Shown here piece by piece: positions 27,809 through 35,700 of a stretch of 56,042 bases of DNA. The stretch is from Opitutaceae bacterium. GTDB taxonomy: Bacteria > Verrucomicrobiota > Verrucomicrobiia > Opitutales > Opitutaceae. A program made the translations under genes and the position numbers. Location of the stretch: NCBI GenBank assembly GCA_035506315.1, contig DATJPQ010000254.1, positions 1 through 56,042 of the forward strand, written 5' to 3'. Position 1 is the stretch's first letter. Each line of letters begins with the position of its first letter. Under the pieces are notes generated by a model that saw nothing but the letters and a program-made list of their open reading frames with translations, had not been told where the DNA came from and ran no database searches.

Positions 27809-30196
27809 ATGTCAACCTACGGTCACTTCGACGACAAAGCCCGCGAATACGTCATCACCCGCCCGGACACGCCGCGTCCCTGGTCCAACTATCTCGGCTC
27901 GACCGAGTATGGGGCGATCATCACCAACCACGCGGGCGGCTACTCCTTCTATAAGAGTGGTGCCACCGGCCGCTTCCTCCGGATGCGTTTCAACAGCATT
28001 CCGATGGACCAGCCCGGACGGCTGTTTTACGTGCGCGACAACGAGTCGAAGGACTTCTGGTCCGCCTCCTGGCAGCCCGTGGGCAAGCCGCTGACGAAAT
28101 TCCAGTCGGTCTGCCGCCACGGCACCGCCTACACGATCATCTCCAGCCGCTACGCGGGCGTCGCCACCGAGGCGACCTACTTCGTGCCGCTGAACCAGAC
28201 GTTCGAATACTGGCGGCTCAAGGTGACCAACACCACGCGGCGCCGCCGCCGGCTGTCCGTCTTCACCTACTGCGAGTTCACCAACCTGTGGCAGACCTCG
28301 CAGGACCTCGTCAACCTGCAGTACTCGCAGTTCATCACCCGCGCCTCGCTCGAGCACGGCATCCTGGGCATCACCTGCAACCCCAACTACGATTTCGACG
28401 GCCGGGATCTCACCGGCTGCAACCGCACGTGGATGGCGCTCACGGGCGCCCCGCTCGCCGGCGTCGAGACCGCCCGTGACAAATTCCTCGGCGGTTACGG
28501 CGGCTACGCCGCGCCCGCGGTCGTGGTGAACGGCCGGTGCTCCAATTTCCTTACCGAGGGTGAGAACGTCGTCGGCGGCCAGCAGGCCGACCTCGTGCTC
28601 CAACCCGGCGAAACGCGCGAACTGATCGTGCTCCTCGGGCTCGGCACCGTGTCGAGCCACGGCCGGCGCACGGTCAAGGAATTCGCCAGTCCGGCCCGCT
28701 GCGAGGCCGAGTTCCAGAAATTAAAGGCGGCCTGGCAGGCCCCGCTCGAACACCTGCAGGTCGAGACGCCCGACCGCGAGTTCGATCACATGATCAATGT
28801 GTGGAACGCCTACAACGCGCTCATCACCTACGCGTGGTCGCGGTCCGCGTCGCTCGTCTACAACGGCGAGCGCGACGGCCTCGGGTTCCGCGACACGGTG
28901 CAGGACATGCTTGGGGCGATTCCGCTGCTCAAGGCCGGCGTGCAGCCGCGCCTCGAGCTCATGCTCACCGGCCAGCTCGCCAACGGCGGCGCGATTCCGG
29001 TGATCAAGCCGTTCTCCCATAAGCCGGGACACGAGGCTCCGCCGCCCGACGAGGAATACCGCTCCGACGACTGCCTCTGGTTCTTCAATGCCGTCCCCGC
29101 TTTCGTGGCGGAAACGGGCCAGCTCGACTTCTATCTCAAGGTTCTGCCCTACGCCGACCGGGGCGAAGCCACGGTGCTCGGCCACCTGCGCCGCGCCCTG
29201 GAATTCAACCTCGAACGCACCGGCCGCAACGGCCTGCCCTGCGGACTCGCTGCCGACTGGAACGACTGCATCCGGCTCGGCTACAAGGGCGAGAGCGTCT
29301 TCGTCGCGTTCCAGGTCCGGCTGGGCCTGACCGTATATGCGGAGATTGCCGACCAGCTCGGCCAGCCCGCGGAAGCCGCCTGGGCGCGCGCCCAACGCAC
29401 CACGCTCGACGCCGCGATCCAGCAGGTCTGCTGGGACGGCAAGTGGTTCATCTGGGCCATCGGCCAGGACGGCACGATCTACGGTACAAAGAATTTTGCC
29501 GAGGGCCAGGTCTACATGAACACGCAGGTGTGGGCCGTGCTCTCCGGGGCGGCCACGCCCGCGCAGACGAAGCAGGCGCTCGCCACGATGAAACGGACCT
29601 GCGCGACGCCCTTTGGCATCACGCTCTGCGCGCCGCCTTTCGTGAAGGCCGATCCCGACATCATGCGGGCCACGCTCTTCAACGCCGGGATCAAGGAAAA
29701 CGCCGGCATCTTCTCGCACACGCAGAGCTGGGCCGTGATCGCCGAGGCCATGCAGGGCCACGGCGACCAGGCCTACGCCTACTACCGGGCCTTCATGCCC
29801 TCGGCCTACAACGACCGCGCGGAGATCCGGCAGATCGAGCCCTACGTGCACTGCCAGACGACGTACTCGAAATTCAACAACAACGAGGGTGCGTCGCGGG
29901 TCCCCTGGCTGAGCGGCACGGCCTCCTGGGCGTACTATTCGGCCACGCACTGGCTGCTCGGCGTCCGCCCCGAGGTCGGGGGCCTGCGCCTCGATCCCTG
30001 TCTGCCGAAGGCCTGGAAGGGATTCAAGATGCGGCGCACCTTCCGCGGATTCCATCTCTCGATCGAAGTGCGGAATCCGCAACGGAAGAGCCGCGGCCTT
30101 AAATCCCTCACGGTCGACGGCGAGCCCGTCGCCGGCAACCTTGTCCCGACCGAGAAGCTGCGCGACGGCTCCGTGATCGCCGCTGTGCTCGGCTGA
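27809..30196 (+). CDS. GH94 glycoside phosphorylase, paralogue C
   Basis: 795 aa. N-terminus MSTYGHFDDKAREYVITRPDTPRPWSNYLG. Catalytic-Asp region GLAADWNDC. No signal peptide. Confidence 0.85.
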   Translation: MSTYGHFDDKAREYVITRPDTPRPWSNYLGSTEYGAIITNHAGGYSFYKSGATGRFLRMRFNSIPMDQPGRLFYVRDNESKDFWSASWQPVGKPLTKFQSVCRHGTAYTIISSRYAGVATEATYFVPLNQTFEYWRLKVTNTTRRRRRLSVFTYCEFTNLWQTSQDLVNLQYSQFITRASLEHGILGITCNPNYDFDGRDLTGCNRTWMALTGAPLAGVETARDKFLGGYGGYAAPAVVVNGRCSNFLTEGENVVGGQQADLVLQPGETRELIVLLGLGTVSSHGRRTVKEFASPARCEAEFQKLKAAWQAPLEHLQVETPDREFDHMINVWNAYNALITYAWSRSASLVYNGERDGLGFRDTVQDMLGAIPLLKAGVQPRLELMLTGQLANGGAIPVIKPFSHKPGHEAPPPDEEYRSDDCLWFFNAVPAFVAETGQLDFYLKVLPYADRGEATVLGHLRRALEFNLERTGRNGLPCGLAADWNDCIRLGYKGESVFVAFQVRLGLTVYAEIADQLGQPAEAAWARAQRTTLDAAIQQVCWDGKWFIWAIGQDGTIYGTKNFAEGQVYMNTQVWAVLSGAATPAQTKQALATMKRTCATPFGITLCAPPFVKADPDIMRATLFNAGIKENAGIFSHTQSWAVIAEAMQGHGDQAYAYYRAFMPSAYNDRAEIRQIEPYVHCQTTYSKFNNNEGASRVPWLSGTASWAYYSATHWLLGVRPEVGGLRLDPCLPKAWKGFKMRRTFRGFHLSIEVRNPQRKSRGLKSLTVDGEPVAGNLVPTEKLRDGSVIAAVLG

Positions 30197-30674
30197 CGCT
30201 AGACGGTGGACGGTCGGAGGGTCGGACGGCCCAAACCCCACCGACCGATCTCGTCACAGAGGGCACTGAGCACGGAGGAGGTCGCAGAGGCGGATGTATT
30301 TCTCTGTGACCTCGACCCAAGTCTCTGTGCGCTCTGTGTCTCAATTTCGTCGCGTTGGTTGCAGCTGTCCCGATTTGTCATCCTGAACAAAGTGAAGGAC
30401 TCATCTGGGCGCTGCTGGCCGGCCATGTGCTGCTGGATCCTTCGCTCCGCTCAGGATGACAGACTTTTCCGGCCGAGCTCATTCGCGTTCATTCGCGCCC
30501 ATTCGCGGGCGCCCTGCGCGCAGCCGGTTGTAGCCGTAGGGGCGCAGTCTTGCTGCGCCCTCAGACGCAAGCAGGGCGCAACAAGATTGCGCCCCTACCA
30601 GGCGGGTGAGCGCGTTAGCCCTTTTTGCGATCTTTGTGGCCAATCGGATCGGCCTTCGGTTGCGGCGTCCGGCG
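30197..30674. repeat. Intergenic repeat/hairpin mosaic between convergent genes
   Basis: Words ggacggt (30201-30230), cacagag/ctctgtg (30253-30340) and cattcgcg x3 (30480-30508). Inverted pair tgtcatcctgaacaaagtgaaggactc (30376-30402) / ggatccttcgctccgctcaggatgaca (30435-30461). Twin hairpins GGGCGCAG..CTGCGCCC (30539-30560) and GGGCGCAA..TTGCGCCC (30574-30596). Confidence 0.6.
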
Positions 30675-31232
30675 TTACTTCTTCTCGGTGAGAGTGACGT
30701 CCTTGAGCCAGACGGGGCCTTTTTCCTGACCGAGGGAAAAACCGAGACGGTTGTTCTTCGCCGCGACGGAATCGGCCGTGAACGTAAACGTGAAATCGTG
30801 CCACGCCGGGGCGAGATCGATCACCTCGTCCAGGCCAATGGGATGATAGTCGTCTTCGTTCACGCCGGCGTAGATTTGCGCGGCCCGCTTGGCCGCGGCG
30901 CGGGCTTTGAAGGTGACGACATAGGTCTGGCCTTCCTTCAGATCGAGGCCTGGCTGGAACGCCTGCAAATGCCATTCGGTGCCGTCCACCTTGGTGACGG
31001 TGATGGCCAGAGCATCGTCTGCGGTGGCGATGGTCCCTGCGGCTTCCTCCAGCTGCTCGAACTGCCAGTTTTCGACCTTGGCGGTCGGTTTGAGCAGATT
31101 CTTCGGCGCCGCGGTGACGGCGGCCGGGTTGGCCGGAGCGGCGACGGGAGCAGCGGCGGTCGCCGGCGTTTCGGCGGTCGCGATCGCGGCGGTGAGGAGG
31201 AACGTTACCAGGATGGGGAACGGAGTTTTCAT
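30675..31232 (-). CDS. Exported standalone carbohydrate-binding-module-like protein (CBM4/9/22-type beta-sandwich, ~185 aa)
   Basis: Signal peptide MKTPFPILVTFLLTAAIATA from ATG 31232, then an Ala/Pro linker. The pattern NLLKP...VENWQFEQ...VDGTEWHLQAFQPGLDLKEGQTYVVTFKARAA...NNRLGFSLG resembles CBM_4_9-type modules. It lies downstream of GH74. Confidence 0.5.
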   Translation of the reverse strand: MKTPFPILVTFLLTAAIATAETPATAAAPVAAPANPAAVTAAPKNLLKPTAKVENWQFEQLEEAAGTIATADDALAITVTKVDGTEWHLQAFQPGLDLKEGQTYVVTFKARAAAKRAAQIYAGVNEDDYHPIGLDEVIDLAPAWHDFTFTFTADSVAAKNNRLGFSLGQEKGPVWLKDVTLTEKK

Positions 31233-31375
31233 GGGAAGATCGGGGATTGTCGGAGTTTGGATTGGGCAAAACACTGCGCGGCGCGTGAGCAGGAGGGAAT
31301 TTCATCTCCGATGTAGCCAACGTGAGGATATCTGCCCCACCGCTCATGCATCACCATAAAAAGCGCAGTTGAATC

Positions 31376-31521
31376 AACCACCAATTCACACTAATCACCA
31401 CTAATAAATGAGTTACGTAGCTCATGTTTTGAGAAATCCTTTAACTCAAAAGATTAAGCCGCAAGGGAAAGGGCCGGTCGCTTTTCCGTTCATTAGTGTC
31501 CATTAGTGTTCATTAGTGGTT
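31376..31521. repeat. Inverted-repeat (MITE-like or structured) element built from cactaatg/cattagtg words
   Basis: Left arm aaccaccaattcacactaatcaccactaataaatg (31376-31410). Right arm cattagtgtccattagtgttcattagtggtt (31491-31521). The AT-rich ~80-nt centre has small internal hairpins (atgag..ctcat, ttgag..ctcaa). The right arm shares a 21-mer with 37635-37655 and, in reverse, with 4-24. Confidence 0.55.
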
Positions 31522-31543
31522 ACCTCTTCTGCCGGATCTAGGA

Positions 31544-33949
31544 TCACTTCCCGGCGGGTTCGCCCACCACGATGCCGCGGCCACCAGTGCCGAGATACAC
31601 CCGGCCCGGGACGCGGGGGTCGCCGGTGATGACTTTCAACCAGCCGAACTGGTGCGGCGCATCGTTGATCGCAATCCAGCTCCGGCCCGAATCGTCGGAG
31701 CGAAACAACGCGGCGACGCCGCCCACGCGGCCGAGCATAAAGAGCATCGGCGGGCCGTCGCCCGGCCCCCTGGCGCCGAAGCCGATCTGGATGGCGGCAT
31801 CGACGCTGGCGAGTTTCTCGAAGTGGGCGCCAGTGTCGTTCGAAACGAAAAGTCCCTCCGGCGTCGGCACCCAGATGGATCCATCGCGGCCGGGTGCGGC
31901 GCGCAGGGTGCCGCCGCCGGCGGGCAGCGTGGCGGCGACGGCAAAGCTCTTGCCGCCGTCCGTGCTCGCGAAGACATGGCCGGCAACCGAATCGTAGATG
32001 TAGAATTTGTCCGCATTCACGCGATCGGCGACCGCCCGGTCGGTCCGGTAGTCGCCCGGAGCCACGGGACCGCCGCTACTCGGCGTCCACGTGGCGCCGT
32101 CGTCGGTGGAAACGAAGGGCGCCGAGCCTTTCGGGAGCCAGACGATGCAGCGGCCGTCGGCGGAGAGCGCAATGGAACCGGGGCCGTGGGCCGTCGCGGG
32201 CGGAGGCGTGGCGGCAAAATCGCGCCAGGTCGCGCCGCCGTCGAGCGAAAGGGCGCCGCGGGCGGGGCCGGAATGCGTGCGCACGAGCATGAACGGCGCG
32301 CGTTCGGCGAACGCGATGCTCGTGTTGTTGCCGTAAGGCGGCTGGTACGCGCCCGCGCGGGGCGAGACGTCCAGATCGTCGTGCCGGAATCCGCCGACAT
32401 CGCAGATCGCGCTCAAAAGGGGCGCCCCGACCGGCGGGCTGACGAGGTCTTCGATGACCGTTTCCTCGAGACCGTCGTCCGTGAAGATCCATGGCGTGGG
32501 CGCGCCGTGGTCGACGGCGGTGGCGTGTCCGGTGGCCCACACGCCGTAGCCGGTGACAAAGAACGCGTGGTCGGAGTCGAACGGATCGAGCGCGATATCG
32601 CCCATCCAGTGGGGCTTTGGTCTGCTGGCGTAGGGCGCCGAGGAGGAATCCCACGTCGAGGTCGCGCACAGAGGTTTCCAGGTCGTTCCGCCGTCGGTGG
32701 TGCGGAAAATCTCGTCGCCGCGGGCCCAGCGGTCGAGCGTCGTCACCAGCAGGACGCCGGGATGCCGCGTGTCGACGGCGAGGCCGGCATAACCGAACTT
32801 GTCGTCGGCCGCGGCGACGGGCACGACAGGCGTGACATTGGACCAGCGGCCGGTCGCGGGCTCGAGTTTCCACACCGCGCCGTCGGTGACGCCGTTGGGA
32901 CCGGGACGATTCGAATACGCGAGATAAAGCATACCCGTCGGGTCGAACGCGGCGTGCTGCACGAGCAGACCGGCGGGCTGGCCGGACACGGGTGACCAGG
33001 TTGCACCCGCGTCGACGCTGCGGTAGAGCGCCGGACCTTTCAGGTCGTCCGCGCCGGCGTAGAGCTGTGGGGTGGGCTTGCCCTCGGAACCGCTGCGGGG
33101 GTCGAACAGGACGAAGGTGAGACCGGCGCCGGGGAATTGGTCGACACGTTTCCACGTCAGGCCCCGGTCCGCGCTGCGCCAGAGGCCATCCTGGTTGGTG
33201 CCAAGGAAGAGGATCGTCCCGTCGTGCGGATCGACCTGGAGCCGCTCGCCGGCGGAACGGCCGTCGGCGTTGCCGCCCAGGCGGAACGGGAGCGGGACGC
33301 AACCCCAGGTCTGGCCCCGGTCCGCCGACCACAGCAGTGCGGCGGTCTTGCCCCATTCCGGCAAATAGGAACCGGCGGCGAGGTAGAGGCGTTGCGGATC
33401 GCGGGCGTCGACGGCAAGACTCACGATGCCGAGCCACTCGGCATTCTCGTGCGCGAGGCCATCGTTGAGCGGCAGCCAGCGGCGATGGGCGGCATCCCAG
33501 CGGAAGGCGCCGCCGACGTCGGTGCGTGCGTAAAGCAGGTCGCGCTGCGCCGGGTGAAACACGAGACCGGTGACGAAGCCGCCGCCATCGATGGCGACGT
33601 TGCGCCAGGCATAAGGCTGAAAGTCAAGCGGAGCGGCGGGTCTGGCCTCGATCGCGCAAAGCGCGGGGGCGGTCAGAGCGGCGAGCAGCGCCAGGCCGGC
33701 GAGCGGACGGAGCGAAAGGGCTAGCCCGCATTTTTCACGCTCGGCATGCTTGCCATGAGGGTTCGCCTCCGAGCGCGCGTTATGGTTGGCGATGGTCGTA
33801 GGGAAATGCGCGCTAAAAACAAAACCGCCAGGCGGTTTTGTCGATCGCCCGGACATTCTTTGAGGGCGGAGGTCAGAATCGGCGTTTGCACAGTGGGTCG
33901 CTTTGCCGGGGAACAGACGGCGAAATATCCGGGCGAGGGGGGTGGGCAT
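31544..33949 (-). CDS. GH74 xyloglucanase-like enzyme, exported
   Basis: N-terminal GH74 signature NVAIDGGGFVTGLVFHP...LYARTDVGGAFRWD. Many S-x-D-x-G-x-T-W repeats (SADRGQTW, SADRGLTW, SVDAGATW, TTDGGTTW, SLDGGATW, STDDGATW, SDDSGRSW). Hydrophobic signal-like segment LAGLALLAALTAPALCA. The true start is uncertain (ATGs at 33949 and 33856 both lie well upstream of it). Confidence 0.8.
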   Translation of the reverse strand: MPTPLARIFRRLFPGKATHCANADSDLRPQRMSGRSTKPPGGFVFSAHFPTTIANHNARSEANPHGKHAEREKCGLALSLRPLAGLALLAALTAPALCAIEARPAAPLDFQPYAWRNVAIDGGGFVTGLVFHPAQRDLLYARTDVGGAFRWDAAHRRWLPLNDGLAHENAEWLGIVSLAVDARDPQRLYLAAGSYLPEWGKTAALLWSADRGQTWGCVPLPFRLGGNADGRSAGERLQVDPHDGTILFLGTNQDGLWRSADRGLTWKRVDQFPGAGLTFVLFDPRSGSEGKPTPQLYAGADDLKGPALYRSVDAGATWSPVSGQPAGLLVQHAAFDPTGMLYLAYSNRPGPNGVTDGAVWKLEPATGRWSNVTPVVPVAAADDKFGYAGLAVDTRHPGVLLVTTLDRWARGDEIFRTTDGGTTWKPLCATSTWDSSSAPYASRPKPHWMGDIALDPFDSDHAFFVTGYGVWATGHATAVDHGAPTPWIFTDDGLEETVIEDLVSPPVGAPLLSAICDVGGFRHDDLDVSPRAGAYQPPYGNNTSIAFAERAPFMLVRTHSGPARGALSLDGGATWRDFAATPPPATAHGPGSIALSADGRCIVWLPKGSAPFVSTDDGATWTPSSGGPVAPGDYRTDRAVADRVNADKFYIYDSVAGHVFASTDGGKSFAVAATLPAGGGTLRAAPGRDGSIWVPTPEGLFVSNDTGAHFEKLASVDAAIQIGFGARGPGDGPPMLFMLGRVGGVAALFRSDDSGRSWIAINDAPHQFGWLKVITGDPRVPGRVYLGTGGRGIVVGEPAGK

Positions 33950-34620
33950 GGGACGGAGAAGGCTGAAACGCTGAAAAGCTGAAAGTGGAAGGGCGGATCG
34001 TGTTGGACGGTGGGCCGTGGACGGTCGGACAGTCGGCGGGGACGGTTGGATTAGGGTGGCGTGGCGCGCGGAGCGAGCAGGACAGAGGGCGGGAATTGGG
34101 CGGGCCGCGGACGGCGCGGTCGCGAGATTTAGCCTTAAATTGGCGGTGCCGGGTGGGCCGACAAGCCCAAATCCCTTTCATCCGCGCTGGGTCCAATACC
34201 CCGAAGCTGGCTTTAGCTTGGTTGGGTCGTAGCCACGAGCGTGAGCCCCTCGACAGGCCGTTTCGACAAGCTCAAGGTCCCGAGCCTGTCGAGGGACTCG
34301 GGGCCTTGACCCATTCGACTCCGCTCAGGGTCATCCTGAGCCTGTCGAACGGATGAGCTTGTCGAATGGGCGAGTGGAAGCGCTTCCGCAGAATTCGAAC
34401 AGAAAAGGCGGTTTGACCCAGAGGGCACAGAGGTCGGAAGGAGGGCACAGAGAGTTTGGTTATGGGTTCAGAGGTTTGGGTTTTGAGTTGCAGGACCGAT
34501 CAACGTTCATAGGCGTCGCGTCTCACCTTCTCCCTTTTTGCCCAAACCACTTTGGTCCGCTCGGTGCCAAGCCGTAGGAGACGGTTGTTGGAATCCGCCC
34601 GTTTTCAACTGCCTCCCCTG
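33950..34620. repeat. Intergenic repeat mosaic
   Basis: Words ggacggt (34000-34050) and cacagag (34420-34455). Also gtcgaaacggcc/ctcgacaggc/gtcatcctgagc-type units (34245-34370) that recur at 41973-42046 and 30376-30461. No convincing ORF. Confidence 0.55.
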
Positions 34621-35685
34621 TCAGCGTGATTTCGCCTCCGCTTCTTCAAGGATTCGAATAACCTCGGGTTTATCGCGCTCAAACTGTGCCTTTCTGTTGT
34701 TATTCCAGAAACCATTCCCGCCTTGGTTGCGAATTAACATCAGGGCCGTTCGTCCATTATTATCTTTGGCCCGTATGTCGGCTCCTTTCTTTAGCAATAA
34801 TCGCACCACATCGAGTTCGGCATACTGCGCCGCCTTCATCAAGGCAGTCGAGCCGTCGTCACGCTTCGCGTTTACATTGGCTCCCTTGTCGATCAGCAAT
34901 TTGATCGTGGTTGCGTCGAATTCGAAAGCAACCGCATCGATGAGCGGCCGTCCCTCACGAACATCAGCACCATGGTCCAGCAGGAGTTGAAGGACATCAT
35001 CTTGACCGCTGTATATCGCACACTTTAGCGCCGTCAGGCCCCACTTTTCGGCCGCCACGCTGTTAACGTCCGCGCCATGGTCCAGCGCCAGTCTCACGTC
35101 GTTGATACTGACATTTTTCTGCTTAAGATTCGCGAATCCGGATGAAAGTATATCCAATCCAAAAGCCTCAAACAATGTTTTGGTGGCAGCGACTTTCGAC
35201 TCGGCCTTGTCCCGGCTATATTCGAGTTCGTAGATCAATGTGCGCTTCTCTTTGGCGTCTGGCGCATCAGGTGCCGCGAGGAGGTAAAGTTTGAAGCTCT
35301 GCATCGCCGGTCCAAAGAGCCCAACTTTCTCCTGCGCCACGCCGAGATTGTTATAGGCATCGGCCAGCCAAGGTGCGGCGAGCGTCGCTTTCTCGAATTC
35401 GGTGACGGCATCCTTGAAATCCTCGGCGGTCTTCGCGTTTTTGAACGCTGCCGCGCCACGGGCCATATAGCGCTCCGCGTCCTCGGGCAACGTCGGCGCG
35501 GGATTCATGCCCCGCACGAATGTGATAACCTTCTCGCGGAGTGCCGTGTCGTTCGGGCTGCGATGAAGATCCGCCATGTATTGCTGCAGAGCTGATGCCG
35601 GATCGGATTGGGCGTGGAGGCCACCGGTGGCCAGCGCTACTCCCGCAACGTAAATGAGCCATCGGTTCATTAGCTTCGTATTCAT
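34621..35685 (-). CDS. Exported TPR + ankyrin-repeat protein (354 aa)
   Basis: Signal peptide MNTKLMNRWLIYVAGVALATGGLHAQ. TPR-like helices (AERYMARGAAAFKNAKTAEDFKDAVTEFEKATLAAPWLADAYNNLGVAQEK). At least 3 ANK repeats (GLTALKCAIYSGQDDVLQLLLDHGADV; DGSTALMKAAQYAELDVVRLLLKKGADIRAKDNNGRTALM). Sampled 60-nt lines give ~43-52% GC versus ~62% in neighbouring genes. Confidence 0.8.
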   Translation of the reverse strand: MNTKLMNRWLIYVAGVALATGGLHAQSDPASALQQYMADLHRSPNDTALREKVITFVRGMNPAPTLPEDAERYMARGAAAFKNAKTAEDFKDAVTEFEKATLAAPWLADAYNNLGVAQEKVGLFGPAMQSFKLYLLAAPDAPDAKEKRTLIYELEYSRDKAESKVAATKTLFEAFGLDILSSGFANLKQKNVSINDVRLALDHGADVNSVAAEKWGLTALKCAIYSGQDDVLQLLLDHGADVREGRPLIDAVAFEFDATTIKLLIDKGANVNAKRDDGSTALMKAAQYAELDVVRLLLKKGADIRAKDNNGRTALMLIRNQGGNGFWNNNRKAQFERDKPEVIRILEEAEAKSR

Positions 35686-35700
35686 GGTCCGTTTTTGTCG

